From a virus (taxonomy: Duplodnaviria; Caudoviricetes), in IMG/VR virus record IMGVR_UViG_3300047403_000123, positions 1 through 28,513 of that record: a DNA stretch of 28,513 nt. One strand, given 5' to 3'. Each line of letters begins with the position of its first letter. The first letter of the stretch is position 1. The translations under genes and the position numbers were made by a program. The notes under the pieces were generated by a model. That model made no database searches. It was not told where the DNA came from and worked only from the letters and a program-made list of their open reading frames with translations. This document shows positions 1 through 10,629 of the stretch, in pieces.

Positions 1-531
1 GCTTCAGGGCACCCACAAAAACAGGCCGTTGCCGCGGCGCTGGAGACTGCCCGGCGAGCCAAAAGGGCTATGGGCGGGGCGCTAATGGCTAGTGGCGGCC
101 ATCCTGCGGGTGAGGTCCATACCGGCGGCATTGTGTCCGACGTTCCCGGCCGTACCGATAAGCATCCGATGGACGTAGAAAGCGGGTCATATGTGGTTCC
201 CGCCGATATTGTCTCGGGAATGGGACAGGGCAACACGCTCGCCGGCCTGAACAAGCTCGCTGCAAAGTTTGGGGCGTCGCCGTTTGGCAAGCCGGTCCCG
301 AAGCGTCGCCGAGCCGCCGGTGGTATTTCCGGGTTCCCGGCTGAAGTCGATGTCCAGGCCGTGCCAATCATCGCGGCCGGTGGCGAATATGTCATCACGC
401 CGGATCGCGTCGCCGAGATCGGCGGCGGCAATCTCAGTCGCGGCCACGAAATGCTTGATCGGTGGGTGATCGCCGAGCGCCGCAAACTAATCGACACGCT
501 TAAAAACCTTCCCGGCCCAGCGAAGGACTAA
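1..531 (+). CDS. Small virion-module protein (5'-partial, start lies upstream of the window) with two copies of a GG...G(S/E)YV(V/I) module
   Basis: Frame 1 is open from base 1 (ASGHPQKQAVAAALETARRAKRAMGG...); internal repeat HTGG..GSYVVPADIVSGMGQGN / AAGG..GEYVITPDRVAEIGGGN. Confidence 0.75.
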   Translation, partial: ASGHPQKQAVAAALETARRAKRAMGGALMASGGHPAGEVHTGGIVSDVPGRTDKHPMDVESGSYVVPADIVSGMGQGNTLAGLNKLAAKFGASPFGKPVPKRRRAAGGISGFPAEVDVQAVPIIAAGGEYVITPDRVAEIGGGNLSRGHEMLDRWVIAERRKLIDTLKNLPGPAKD

Positions 532-534
532 TCC

Positions 535-1011
535 ATGCCATCACCGTCCGTAGTTCGTCTCGCAACCCACGCCGATGAACCTGCGATTTTTGAAATGTGC
601 AAAATGCTGCACACTGAAAACGGCATGTTTCCAATGGACGATGATCTCGTCCGCGAAACAATGACGCGAGGTATAAAACGCGATAACAGCATTCTCGGCG
701 TGATCGGCCCGGAAGGCGGCGCATTGGAAGGCATGATCTTTATGCTGATTTCCAATTTCTGGTATTCTCGCAAGCCTCACCTGGAAGAGCTGTTTTCGTA
801 TGTTCCGCCGCAGTACCGTAAATCGAACCATGCTAAAGAGCTTATCGAGTTTGCGAAACGGTGCTCAAACGATGATGTCCGCCTTGTAATTGGCATAGTA
901 TCCAATCATCGGACGGAAACCAAAGTCAGGCTATATCAACGCCGCCTCGGAAAGCCCGCCGGAGCGTTTTTCGTCTACCCGCCGCCCATTGCTGCGGTCA
1001 GCCACGGATAA
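535..1011 (+). CDS. GNAT-fold acetyltransferase-like protein
   Basis: N-terminal VRLATHADEPAI and the acetyl-CoA-binding-like motif YVPPQYRKSNHAKELIEFAK; RBS aagga; lies directly before the ejection genes, as in many podoviruses. Confidence 0.75.
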   Translation: MPSPSVVRLATHADEPAIFEMCKMLHTENGMFPMDDDLVRETMTRGIKRDNSILGVIGPEGGALEGMIFMLISNFWYSRKPHLEELFSYVPPQYRKSNHAKELIEFAKRCSNDDVRLVIGIVSNHRTETKVRLYQRRLGKPAGAFFVYPPPIAAVSHG

Positions 1012-1016
1012 AGAAA

Positions 1017-4000
1017 ATGGGTTCTAAAGGCAGCCAAATCTCGACCTCGCAAAGCACGGCGACCACGAGCGCCGATCCGCAAGCTGCGGCGTTGTATCGT
1101 AGCATTCTAAGCCAAGCGCAGCAGGCTGCGCAGACGCCATATCAGGCGTATCAGGGCCAGCAAGTCGCCGGATTTACCCCGGACCAGTTGCAGGCAATGC
1201 AAACTGTTGCCGGCGCACAGGGATCGTATCAGCCGGCGCTTGCCACAGCGATGCAGTACGGCACGCAGGCGGGGCAGGCGATTACGCCGTCGCAAATCCA
1301 AGCCGCGATGAGCCCATACACGCAAAACGTCGTGCAGTCCACTATGGACGTCATGAACCAGCAAAACCAGCAGGCAATGTCGCAGCTCCGCGGCACGGAA
1401 GCCCAGCAGGGCGCGTTCGGCGGGACGCGGGCAGCCGTGGCGGAATCCAATCTTGCGGCGCAGCAGGAACGCAGCAAAGACCAGATTGTGGCTGGGCTGA
1501 TGCAACAGGGATATTCCCAGGCCGTGGCGCAGGCGCAGGCGGATCGGGCCGCCGCAGGGACTGGTGCGGGGCTCATGTCCGGACTGGCCGGTCAGGCTGC
1601 CAATCTGCCGCTTTCGCAGGCTCAGGCGGAACTTGGTACAGGCGCGCTGCAACAGCAGCTTGCCCAGCAACAGTTAAATGTTCCGTATCAACAATTCTTG
1701 CAGGCGCAGGCTTACCCGTATCAGCAGTTGTCCTGGCTGGCCGGCCTGGGCACGGGCGTAGGCTCTCAGCTTGGCGGCACGTCCACGTCTGGCGGCACTA
1801 CGACCACGACGCCGGCTCAGCCGTCCTTGTTGTCGCAGATCGCGGGCGGGGCCTTGGCGCTTGGTAGCATCCCGCTCACCGGCGGGGCTTCGGCTCCGAC
1901 CGTAGCCGGCAAATTTATGAGTATGTTTACCGCCGACGGCGGCCGTGTCCCGCATAAAGCTGATGGCGGGGCTGTTGGCGGCGGGCTTGATGTTGTCGGC
2001 ACCATGGCGAAAGCGTTGCAGCTCGCCGATGCCGCGCCCATGGCCGACGGGGGCGCGCCGCCTATCCCGGCATTCGTGCAGCAGCCGCAAATGCATGAGC
2101 CCGGTTCCGACATCATCCAGGGCGCGCTAAAGATGGCATCCGCCATGCGGCAGGGCGCGAAAGCCCTCGGCGGTGGTGTGTCCCATATGGCCGATGGCGG
2201 CGTCCCAGGTGCGACGCTCGGCACGGCCGATATTCAGGGGCGCAAGGTCTTTACGATCTTTCCGCAGACGGCGGTCCATGCCGGCAAGGGCGCGCCGTCC
2301 GCTCCCGGATTTGTCGCTGGGTCCGCCCCGAAACAGCAGGACATGAGCGAGACCATCAAAGGTCTTGGCTCGATGTTCAAAGGTGCTGGGCAGACGACCG
2401 GGCAGCCGGCTGGACAACCATTAAGCCTTGATCCGCCCAATCCTACGCCTGCTGCGCCCGCCGTCGGCCCATATACGGGAACTGAAGGCGGCACGGGTGG
2501 CGGTCTAGGCGGTAGATATGCTTACGGCGGCGCGATCCATAAGGAAGGCGGCGGGTTAGCTGGTGACGCGGATGGGCCGATTTTTGAAATGCCGGCTGAC
2601 CAAGTGCCGACCGAAAAGCAAATGGCAGACTGGCGGGGCGGGGTCGATTTCGGTAAAGCCGCCGATCAGGATGTTGCCATGGCTGGGCAAGGCGTCCCCA
2701 TGCCACGGCCGCGCCCGATTGGGGCATACGAGCCTTTGCAAGAGCAGCCTGATTTTGGTCTAGCAACCGCATATGCTCCTACTGGGCCGTCTATCGCGAC
2801 AGCTCCCGCTGTCCAGGCCGCCCAGCAGGTTGCCCAGCCTGCCGGCGTCGGCCCGCGCCCCGAAACCATGGCAAAAGCCGAGCGGGCCACGTCCATCTTT
2901 GAAAAGCTCACCGGCATGGAATTGACGCCGGAAGCGCGCCAGGGCTTGATGGCCATGGGCTTGCGCATGATGACCACGCCTGGCAGCTTCGGCACGGCAA
3001 TCGGCGCTGGCGGTATGCAGGGCATGGCTACCTATGCCGAGGCGCAAAAACAATTGCAGGAAAGGGCCGCCCAAAAGGCTAAACTTGAGCAGGAAGAACG
3101 CATGGCAACTGCTCGGTTGAAACAGGCCGAAACCTTGCACATGACAATGACCCCTTATCAAAAGGAAATGCTAAACCGTGAAAACCTAAAATTTGTCGGC
3201 ACAAATGATGAAGGGTTTCCAGTATATACAGATACGAGAACCGGAAAAGAAGTTATAGGCTCCACTAAATTGCAGCAAAAGGCCCCACCTGGATATGTAA
3301 GAAATCCAGATGGTACAATGTCCGCAATTAAAGGCGGGCCGGCTGATCCTGAAATTATTCGTGGGGTAGCTCAGGCAAAAGCTGGGTCATCCATGAATGA
3401 TCAAACTGCTGATTTCTTGGCAGAAAGAGTAATTAACGGAGACAAGGCTGCTTTAACGGGTATAGGTAGGGGCGCGCAAGGCGCTGAGAATATCATAAAA
3501 ATTCAATCTATAATCGCTCAGAAGGCGGCGGATCGAGGACTTAGCCCTACCGATATCTTGGCGAAAACTGCTGAACAATTTGGATTGAATGCACAGCAAA
3601 GAACTTTTGGGACACAAGTTGCTAAAATGGCTGTTAATGCCACTGAAGCTGAGGGGGCTATTAAACAAGCTCTTGATGTTTCAAACTTGGTACCCAGAAC
3701 GTCATTCGTGCCAATTAACAAGCTAATACAACTTGCTGATGCTAATATATCTGATCCAAACTTGCTAAAGTTTAAGGCAGCAAATCTTGCTGTCATAAAT
3801 ACATATGCCAGAGCGATTTCACCGACGGGAACGCCAACCGTTCATGATAAGGAAGAAGCCGAAAAAATTGTTTCATCCGCGACTTCTCCCGAAGCATATC
3901 GAGCTATAATGGATCAAATGCTCACGGAAATCGCAATTGCTCATTCTGCACCTATGAAAGCTAAACAAGAGTTGGAACGAATTAGAAAATCTCCCGCTGC

Positions 4001-4211
4001 CCCGGAAGAAGGCCATCGTGAAGTTCCTTCCGGCGGAAAATCGGCTGAGAAAACTAACACCGCCCCGCCCGCAGTCGCTGCGCCGGCCGCATCTGCTGTT
4101 ACCACAGTAAAAAATCCGCCACCACCTGGAGCGGTCGGTACTAAAAAAGACATGCAAGGGAATTTGTGGTATTTTGACGCAAAAGGTAACAATATTGGAC
4201 GGGTGCAATAA
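1017..4211 (+). CDS. Internal virion / DNA ejection (pilot-like) protein, 1064 aa
   Basis: MGSKG start; Gln/Ala/Gly-rich N-terminus ([37 protein letters not shown]); [17 protein letters not shown] motif; position in the late operon. Confidence 0.8.
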   Translation: MGSKGSQISTSQSTATTSADPQAAALYRSILSQAQQAAQTPYQAYQGQQVAGFTPDQLQAMQTVAGAQGSYQPALATAMQYGTQAGQAITPSQIQAAMSPYTQNVVQSTMDVMNQQNQQAMSQLRGTEAQQGAFGGTRAAVAESNLAAQQERSKDQIVAGLMQQGYSQAVAQAQADRAAAGTGAGLMSGLAGQAANLPLSQAQAELGTGALQQQLAQQQLNVPYQQFLQAQAYPYQQLSWLAGLGTGVGSQLGGTSTSGGTTTTTPAQPSLLSQIAGGALALGSIPLTGGASAPTVAGKFMSMFTADGGRVPHKADGGAVGGGLDVVGTMAKALQLADAAPMADGGAPPIPAFVQQPQMHEPGSDIIQGALKMASAMRQGAKALGGGVSHMADGGVPGATLGTADIQGRKVFTIFPQTAVHAGKGAPSAPGFVAGSAPKQQDMSETIKGLGSMFKGAGQTTGQPAGQPLSLDPPNPTPAAPAVGPYTGTEGGTGGGLGGRYAYGGAIHKEGGGLAGDADGPIFEMPADQVPTEKQMADWRGGVDFGKAADQDVAMAGQGVPMPRPRPIGAYEPLQEQPDFGLATAYAPTGPSIATAPAVQAAQQVAQPAGVGPRPETMAKAERATSIFEKLTGMELTPEARQGLMAMGLRMMTTPGSFGTAIGAGGMQGMATYAEAQKQLQERAAQKAKLEQEERMATARLKQAETLHMTMTPYQKEMLNRENLKFVGTNDEGFPVYTDTRTGKEVIGSTKLQQKAPPGYVRNPDGTMSAIKGGPADPEIIRGVAQAKAGSSMNDQTADFLAERVINGDKAALTGIGRGAQGAENIIKIQSIIAQKAADRGLSPTDILAKTAEQFGLNAQQRTFGTQVAKMAVNATEAEGAIKQALDVSNLVPRTSFVPINKLIQLADANISDPNLLKFKAANLAVINTYARAISPTGTPTVHDKEEAEKIVSSATSPEAYRAIMDQMLTEIAIAHSAPMKAKQELERIRKSPAAPEEGHREVPSGGKSAEKTNTAPPAVAAPAASAVTTVKNPPPPGAVGTKKDMQGNLWYFDAKGNNIGRVQ

Positions 4212-7200
4212 TGGCTGACACTCCCGAATTTGACCCGAATGAACCGATAACTCCGATTGAAGGTCCGAAATTCGCCCCTGATGAGCCAATTGTTCCTTTA
4301 ACGATGGCCCAGCGCCAACGCGCTTATCGTGAGGCATTGCGAGCCGGCGAGCCGACTATGCGTGCTGGTGAAGCCGCACCTGCGGTAGCCATGGCCGAGG
4401 AACGTCGGACACCTGAGCAACTGGTCGAAGAATGGGGGCAAGTTGGAAAGGGTATAGCAAAAGGTGTCCCGGCCACTCTGTCAGGTGGTTTTGCCGGAGA
4501 CATTGAAGAACTGGCACGCCGGTTCGGCAAGGAATATGGCGTTGAACAAGAGCCATACCTTCCGACGACTGTGCAGGGCGGTTATCTTGGGCCGAAGGGC
4601 TTGGGCGTTATGGCACCCGCGGCCACTCCACTTGAAGCCGCCGGCATGTCTCTGGCTCCGGCGCTGATTCCCCTTCCAGGCGGCGTGTTAAAGGCATTTA
4701 AGGCAGCACGTGCCGCCGAAGCCGTTCCAGCTATTGAATCAATTGATTTGATGACCGGACTGCCGAAAAAACAAATCGGATTGCCGACGATACCCGCTGG
4801 CGAAGGCATCCCAGTGCCTGAAATCCGCGAAAAAGGCGCTCGCCTTCTTTCTCCGGAAGTTTCTCACGAGCCGATTGCGTTGCCATCCCGCGCGGGTGTT
4901 GGCGCGGAAGGCGCCGTTGGTCCGCTTGAAGTCATATCAACGGAAACAATCAATGGAATTGCCCGTCAGTTAAAGGAAGACGGTTGGACGCCATGGACCA
5001 TTGATGAAAAACTAGAAAATATGTCTCCGCACCAGTTTTTTGCGGAAGTCTCCCCGAATATGAAGAAAAACATAGCGCAAAATGCAGTCGGAGGCGGAGA
5101 AGCGCGAAACATAGTCGTTAACAACCTTTACCAGCGGCACGGTGAAACCGGCCAGCGGTTGAAAACTCTATACGATAATGCGTTTGGTCCGGTTGAAAAT
5201 GTTTTTGAGAAAAAGAAAGAACTTACCAAAGAACAAAAGGTAGAGGCCGGTAAGTTTTACGACCAGTTTAGGAAATTGGAAATTGCCCCTACTCCAGAAC
5301 TTGATGAAATCATTGCAACTTTGAATAACATCAAAGAAGCCGGTGGCCCTAATGTATTCAAGGAAGCCAAGGTTAAAGCCGCAGCCGAAAATAGGCCGTT
5401 TTCCGAAGGATATTTTAACGGCGAAGAAGTTAAACAGTATCCTAGTCCTGAAAGCTGGGACTACATCAAACGCGGGCTTGACAAAATCATAGATAATTCA
5501 TTCGAGGGCGGCTTCCGTCCTACTGATGATACTAGAGTTTACACATCTCTTAAAAATAAGCTCATCGACGCAATCGACAACCATCCTGATCCGAATGTTG
5601 CCGGCGTTTGGAAACAGGCAAGAGATGCTTATGCTTCGCGCGCAAAACTCAAAGATGCTTACGATCTTGGAAAAAAGCTGCTTTCAGATTCAATTGATGT
5701 CAATGAAGTCCCCGATTTAATCGGACGGGCCGGAGAGAAGGAATTAAAGGCAATCGCGACTGGCGTCCGCTATGACTTGGAAAACCAACTTGGCCGGCCC
5801 GGCGCTCAAGAGGGCCGGTCTATTCGACAAATGTTGTCCGAAAATGCACAAAAGAAAATTCGAAATCTTGTTGGCGAAGACAAAGCGGAAAAATTATTCA
5901 AGGCCGTTGAATCTGAAGGCGAGATATACGGCGCAAAAACTAACCTCGTTGGAGGGTCCGAAACCGGGACTAGAGTAGTTGGGGAAGCCGATCAATTCTG
6001 GAATAAGCCATCTCGTGCCGCTGAAATGGCTGGAACAGTTGCTGAAACCGGCGCTGGATTGATAAAGGAACCCGGCAAAACTGTAAGAAAAGCGGTATCA
6101 AAACTAGCTTCAGAAAAAATGAAAAAAGCGGCAGCAGAAAAAACCGCCAAATTGCGCGCCGAAGCGGCGAGAATATACACGTTGCAAGGACCGGAACGTG
6201 ATGCTGCCCTTCGATGGCTGTTGGAATATGGCGAAGACTGGCCCAAACCGCCGAAATCACCGAAAGGTTTTTATGGTCCAGGCAGCGAAGGCGGCGGACT
6301 TTCTGGTGGCAGAACATTGAGTGCCGCGTCGTCTGCGGCTGTTAGCGGTTATCCTACTGCTGGGTCTGCCGAAGCTCCTGCTCGTCAATCTAGTACTCCG
6401 TCAATCCAAGAGCGTTTGCAATCTTGGAAAAAAATATCTCCTGAAGAAGTTTCGGCTAGAGAAGAAGCAAAAAACGTCGCTTCACAAGTTAGCAGAATGC
6501 CGGACACGTTCCAAGATATGTGGAACGAACGCGCCGCCATTTTAGAAACTGATGCCGGTATTCCACGCCATGAGGCTGAATTAAAGGCATTCTCTGAAGT
6601 CAAATCGGCTTTTGAGCGCGAAAAATCGGCGCATCCTGAAAAGGTTGCGGGAGAAAAAATTAACTTCAAGGGATACAAGCAAAAAAGTAAGGCAAAGCCA
6701 TTCCAGTGGCAATTGACGCAAGAGCGTCGTGATGTTGCTGCTGAACGTGCTGCGCAAGGTAAAGGGCCGGGATTAAAGCGCCCGACACGCGAGCAAATGA
6801 TGGCCCCGGAGGAAATGCCGCCAGAAGGCAGTCTTGATCGCGTCAATGCTGAAATCGCAGCGCGACAAGCCGTTGGGAAACCTGAACAGTCAAGTTTATC
6901 AGCCTCCGATTTTCGATATCTTTCCGAACATGGATTAAAACGCGGCGGCACCGTCCTAGACAAGATGCACGAAGCTCGCCGGCGGGCGGAAGGTGGGGCG
7001 CTTGCACCCGGCATGATATCTCCGGGTAATATCGATCTTGATCACCGGCCTCGCGTGCATAATCCTGACGGCTCGATCAGCACCGTCCGGTCGATGGGCA
7101 TCAACGAGGACGGCCGCGAGGTCTTGATACCGACCGTGCGTCAAAACCCGTTCCGGCCGAAAACTGGCTGGATCATGACTGACCGCGAGGCGATTGATCA

Positions 7201-7312
7201 TTATCATCGGACTGGGCAGCATCTCGGAATATTCGATACACCCGAAAATTCCGACGCCTACGCGCAGAAACTCCACGAGGATCAGGCGCGTCAATATGGA
7301 GCTAAACGATGA
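4211..7312 (+). CDS. Large internal virion / ejection protein, 1033 aa, with a distinct C-terminal domain ([30 protein letters not shown])
   Basis: TAATG coupling to the previous gene; helical charged middle ([24 protein letters not shown]); last gene before the lysin. Confidence 0.75.
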   Translation: MADTPEFDPNEPITPIEGPKFAPDEPIVPLTMAQRQRAYREALRAGEPTMRAGEAAPAVAMAEERRTPEQLVEEWGQVGKGIAKGVPATLSGGFAGDIEELARRFGKEYGVEQEPYLPTTVQGGYLGPKGLGVMAPAATPLEAAGMSLAPALIPLPGGVLKAFKAARAAEAVPAIESIDLMTGLPKKQIGLPTIPAGEGIPVPEIREKGARLLSPEVSHEPIALPSRAGVGAEGAVGPLEVISTETINGIARQLKEDGWTPWTIDEKLENMSPHQFFAEVSPNMKKNIAQNAVGGGEARNIVVNNLYQRHGETGQRLKTLYDNAFGPVENVFEKKKELTKEQKVEAGKFYDQFRKLEIAPTPELDEIIATLNNIKEAGGPNVFKEAKVKAAAENRPFSEGYFNGEEVKQYPSPESWDYIKRGLDKIIDNSFEGGFRPTDDTRVYTSLKNKLIDAIDNHPDPNVAGVWKQARDAYASRAKLKDAYDLGKKLLSDSIDVNEVPDLIGRAGEKELKAIATGVRYDLENQLGRPGAQEGRSIRQMLSENAQKKIRNLVGEDKAEKLFKAVESEGEIYGAKTNLVGGSETGTRVVGEADQFWNKPSRAAEMAGTVAETGAGLIKEPGKTVRKAVSKLASEKMKKAAAEKTAKLRAEAARIYTLQGPERDAALRWLLEYGEDWPKPPKSPKGFYGPGSEGGGLSGGRTLSAASSAAVSGYPTAGSAEAPARQSSTPSIQERLQSWKKISPEEVSAREEAKNVASQVSRMPDTFQDMWNERAAILETDAGIPRHEAELKAFSEVKSAFEREKSAHPEKVAGEKINFKGYKQKSKAKPFQWQLTQERRDVAAERAAQGKGPGLKRPTREQMMAPEEMPPEGSLDRVNAEIAARQAVGKPEQSSLSASDFRYLSEHGLKRGGTVLDKMHEARRRAEGGALAPGMISPGNIDLDHRPRVHNPDGSISTVRSMGINEDGREVLIPTVRQNPFRPKTGWIMTDREAIDHYHRTGQHLGIFDTPENSDAYAQKLHEDQARQYGAKR

Positions 7313-8094
7313 TTTCCCAGAAAGCCATTGACCTGATCGTGGCGGCGGAGGTGTCGTCGCGGGCGTATTACGAAAAGGCGCTGCGGCACCCGGAATGGCC
7401 CGGTGGATCAAGTGGCGTGACAATCGGGATCGGATACGATCTTGGCTATGCCATGGCGGATAAGGTCCGCAAAGATTGGGGCAGCCGTGTCCCGCAACAC
7501 ATGCTGGCGGCCCTGCTGGACTGTGTTGGGGCAAAAGGCCCGCAAGCCAAGCTAGTTCTGCCGCATGACCGCATGATAATTGACATTCCGTGGCAGGCAG
7601 CCATGGACGTATTCATGCAAACCGATATCCCAGAATTTACGGACAAGGTATGCCGAGCGATCAAAGGCGCGGATAAACTGTCGCCGGATTGCCTCGGGGC
7701 GCTGGTTTCATTGGCCTACAATCGCGGCGTGTCTTTCGACAATCCAGATGAGCGCCATACGGAAATGCGAGCTATCAAGCGCCACATTGAAGCCGGCGAA
7801 CTGGACAAGGTGCCCGGCGATTTCCGCGCCATGAAACGACTGTGGCCGGATATGAAAGGGCTCCAGACCCGCCGGGGAGCCGAAGCCAAGCTGTGGGAAG
7901 GCGGTCTTGTCAACATGGACAATTCCATGCCGAAAGCCGCCCCCGCCTTGGTCGGAACCGCAATTGCCGGCACTATGCACGCCTCCGGGGCTCCGCCGCT
8001 GGCTACAATTATTCTTGCCGTTATCGCCGCCCTGGTTGTCGGGGCGGTAATTGCATCATATAGTGCCCCTGTCCTCGCACGCGCGAAAGGCTGA
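7309..8094 (+). CDS. Endolysin, pesticin C-terminal/T4 lysozyme-like muramidase with a C-terminal hydrophobic tail
   Basis: [46 protein letters not shown] motifs; hydrophobic C-terminus [17 protein letters not shown]. Confidence 0.88.
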   Translation: MISQKAIDLIVAAEVSSRAYYEKALRHPEWPGGSSGVTIGIGYDLGYAMADKVRKDWGSRVPQHMLAALLDCVGAKGPQAKLVLPHDRMIIDIPWQAAMDVFMQTDIPEFTDKVCRAIKGADKLSPDCLGALVSLAYNRGVSFDNPDERHTEMRAIKRHIEAGELDKVPGDFRAMKRLWPDMKGLQTRRGAEAKLWEGGLVNMDNSMPKAAPALVGTAIAGTMHASGAPPLATIILAVIAALVVGAVIASYSAPVLARAKG

Positions 8095-8098
8095 TACC

Positions 8099-8425
8099 AT
8101 GAAGACCTTGCACACGTTGACCGTTCTTGTCTCGCTGGGTGTTATCAGTTATTTCGGTTATCAGTTCTATGCGGCCTATCGAGCTGCAACGGGTTCTCGT
8201 TGGTCGCGAGCACTGGCGGCAACTGAGAAAAGCGCCACGATCCTTTGGGCGCGATTTGTCGCGTTGATCGGTCTGCTGACGCTGGGACTTTCCAGCTTGG
8301 CTGAAACACTCGGCGCTCCCGGCGTCAGTGCCGCGATCCAACAATATCTTCAGCCGCAATATGTCGCTGCCATCATGATCGGTGTCGCCGTCATCACTGA
8401 AGTGGCGCGCAAACGGACGATGTAA
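8099..8425 (+). CDS. Multi-TM membrane protein, holin/antiholin-like
   Basis: RBS aaagg before ATG 8099; three hydrophobic segments; basic C-terminus; immediately after the lysin. Confidence 0.65.
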   Translation: MKTLHTLTVLVSLGVISYFGYQFYAAYRAATGSRWSRALAATEKSATILWARFVALIGLLTLGLSSLAETLGAPGVSAAIQQYLQPQYVAAIMIGVAVITEVARKRTM

Positions 8426-8427
8426 CC

Positions 8428-8817
8428 ATGTGGGGCTTTCTCGCGAACCTGATTGGCGGCCCTATCGTTAGCGGGCTGATTAACGCTTACAAGGCCAAGC
8501 TCGAAGCCGCCAACACGCGCGACCACATGGCCGTCGATCTTGCGGCCAAGGAAATCGAAGGCGAAATCGCGCAACGGCAGGCCGAAGCGTCGATTATTCG
8601 TCAGGAAGAAGGCCGGTGGTGGACGGCGTTGCCTCGTCCCGCCTTGGCCATGATTTTCGTGATTTACATCGGCAAGTGTGTCTTGTGGGACAAGGTGCTG
8701 GGCTTGGGATCGACCGACCCTCTATCGCCGGAGCTTGCCAATATCGAGATGATCGTTATTACCGGCTATTTCGGAGGCCGCACGATTGAGAAAGTCGCCC
8801 GAATTTTCCGACGATAG
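8428..8817 (+). CDS. Holin of the GTA 3TM-holin-like family
   Basis: WW...PRP..TM segment and the C-terminal GYFGGRTIEK signature. Confidence 0.7.
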   Translation: MWGFLANLIGGPIVSGLINAYKAKLEAANTRDHMAVDLAAKEIEGEIAQRQAEASIIRQEEGRWWTALPRPALAMIFVIYIGKCVLWDKVLGLGSTDPLSPELANIEMIVITGYFGGRTIEKVARIFRR

Positions 8818-8828
8818 GAAATCCCACA

Positions 8829-9089
8829 ATGGCAGACACATCGGATAGTGGATGGCATCTTGACAGAAAGGTGCCAATTGCGCTTATAATCGCGATTGCA
8901 ACTCAGATTATAACATTTATCTGGTGGGCTGCTCAGGCATCCGCGCGTTTGGATAATCTGGAAAAACAGACCATCGCCGCAGGTTCGCAGTTTGAGCGTC
9001 TGGTAAAACTAGAAACAAAAATGGACAACGTGTCTATGACTTTGGGCGAACTCAAATCACTGATGATCCGGCGACCCACCGGGCAGTGA
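8829..9089 (+). CDS. Small single-TM plus coiled-coil lysis-region protein
   Basis: RBS agga; WHLDRKVPIALIIAI TM segment followed by a heptad coiled coil. Confidence 0.7.
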   Translation: MADTSDSGWHLDRKVPIALIIAIATQIITFIWWAAQASARLDNLEKQTIAAGSQFERLVKLETKMDNVSMTLGELKSLMIRRPTGQ

Positions 9090-9150
9090 CGCCCTTTTTA
9101 GCTTCGGCAGTTATCGTTCGGTCACTGCCGGAGACAAGCCTCGATGACTT

Positions 9151-9184
9151 GGCCCAGCGTTTTTAACCGAACGCTGGGTCTTTT
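9151..9184 (+). terminator. Possible intrinsic terminator/attenuator upstream of the CHAP gene
   Basis: Stem GGCCCAGCGTT / AACGCTGGGTC followed by TTTT, just before the RBS aaaggag. Confidence 0.45.
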
Positions 9185-9200
9185 CACAAAGGAGCCTAGC

Positions 9201-9899
9201 ATGCACCGCAGCATTCTTGTCGGCGTGACTATCGCCACCATGGCATGGGCCAGTCCGGCCGACGCAGCGCGGCACCCGAATACGCCGGCAAAACAGTGTC
9301 GAGTGTTTATGCACGCGCCGACTGGTGCATTAAGGTATAGATGCAATGAAAAGTGGTATAGGATCAATGCTAAACAGGTGCGCCCTTTTCGCGCTTGGCA
9401 CCGGAATGACGTTTCTCGCTTTAGTAGCGGCGTCGGCAAAACGCATACAAAAGCGAGAAGTGCCAGCAAAGCCATACACAAGCCCGTGGATCGCCGAATG
9501 GCGCGGCAGGAATCTGGAGCCGCCGAACGTGTAAACTCTATCCAGCGGGCAGGAATTGGGAGTTTTGAAGGCGGCGTTCTGGCTTCAGTCGCAGGCCGGT
9601 ACATGGGCGGCAATCCTACCGGTTGGGCGCGGGTATGGTGCGGCGCTTTCATGCGCTTGGTGGTCCGGCAGGCCGGATTGCCGGATAATCCGGCCGGCAA
9701 TCTGGCTCGCTCCTGGGCGCGCTACGGGCGACCGAGCGGGCCACAGCCAGGCGCGATAGCCGTCATGCCGCACCACGTCGGGATCGTGCTTGCTGCCGCC
9801 GGCGACCGCGTGTTGATCCGATCCGGCAACCATGGCCACCGTGTCGCGGATGGCTGGTATTCGGCGAGCCGCATCATCGCCTACCGGGTGCCGTCTTGA
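9201..9899 (+). CDS. Secreted CHAP/NlpC-P60-like (TIGR02594-like) cell-wall peptidase
   Basis: RBS aaaggag; signal peptide [22 protein letters not shown]; catalytic WCGAFM..LARSW..HVGIV..SGNH..IIAYR. Confidence 0.8.
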   Translation: MHRSILVGVTIATMAWASPADAARHPNTPAKQCRVFMHAPTGALRYRCNEKWYRINAKQVRPFRAWHRNDVSRFSSGVGKTHTKARSASKAIHKPVDRRMARQESGAAERVNSIQRAGIGSFEGGVLASVAGRYMGGNPTGWARVWCGAFMRLVVRQAGLPDNPAGNLARSWARYGRPSGPQPGAIAVMPHHVGIVLAAAGDRVLIRSGNHGHRVADGWYSASRIIAYRVPS

Positions 9900-10330
9900 C
9901 GGGCTGGCACGAGGATGGCCGCCCGCGCGAGATCGTGCCCGATCTGATCTGGTACGTCTCTATCGGCTTTTGGGCGACCTGCATATTCGGCACCGCTCTG
10001 GCGCTGATCGCGGCTCTGGTCTGGCTGACCGTGCCGGCGCGCGCCGCCGAGGTCGGGCTCGCCTCGGTCTATCGCGGACTGCCCTCAGAGGGCGGCCGGC
10101 GCACCGCCTCGGGGCGGCTGATCGATCCTGGCGCGCTCACGGCGGCGCACCGGTCGCTGCCGTTCGGAACGCTGGTTCGGGTCACTCACGGCGGCCGGTC
10201 GGTCGAGGTCCGCATCAATGATCGCGGCCCGTTCATCCGTGGCCGGGTGATCGACCTCACGCCAGCAGCCGCCGGGCGCATCGGGATTTCAGGGCTTGGG
10301 CGTGTTAGGATCGAGAGGGTACAGCGATGA
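9896..10330 (+). CDS. rlpA: RlpA-family (double-psi beta-barrel) lytic transglycosylase with an N-terminal TM/signal
   Basis: [42 protein letters not shown]; start codon uncertain (TTG overlapping the previous stop). Confidence 0.88.
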   Translation: MTGWHEDGRPREIVPDLIWYVSIGFWATCIFGTALALIAALVWLTVPARAAEVGLASVYRGLPSEGGRRTASGRLIDPGALTAAHRSLPFGTLVRVTHGGRSVEVRINDRGPFIRGRVIDLTPAAAGRIGISGLGRVRIERVQR

Positions 10331-10557
10331 TTTACATAAGCACTGAGGGGGAAGATTGGCCGCGCCCTCTAGGTAGAGGGTTGTGGATTACACGAATGAG
10401 CGACGGCGGGTTTTCTCTACGTCTGATTTATAAGAAGGACCGCGCCCATTATTTTAGAATGAGAGGGTTTCGATTGAGGCGGTGGCCATTAAGGCAAAGA
10501 TTTGTTTACAGTTTTTTTGATGAATTAGGGCCGGGCAAAATCGATGTTGTGAAATAA
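10327..10557 (+). CDS. Hypothetical basic protein
   Basis: ATGA coupling and RBS gagagg; ends before the terminator; AT-richer than its neighbours. Confidence 0.55.
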   Translation: MIYISTEGEDWPRPLGRGLWITRMSDGGFSLRLIYKKDRAHYFRMRGFRLRRWPLRQRFVYSFFDELGPGKIDVVK

Positions 10558-10629
10558 CCGCCCAACGTGCTCGCGGCGGCTTATCTCCATCCACCCGCCG
10601 TCACGGGGTTTTGATGCCTCAGACTGAAA

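Noticed and set aside
9100-9185. SAM-II or c-di-GMP riboswitch
   Set aside because: Only short fragments (TTTAACCG, GACAAGCCTC) resemble the consensus sequences; the conserved cores and pseudoknot are missing.
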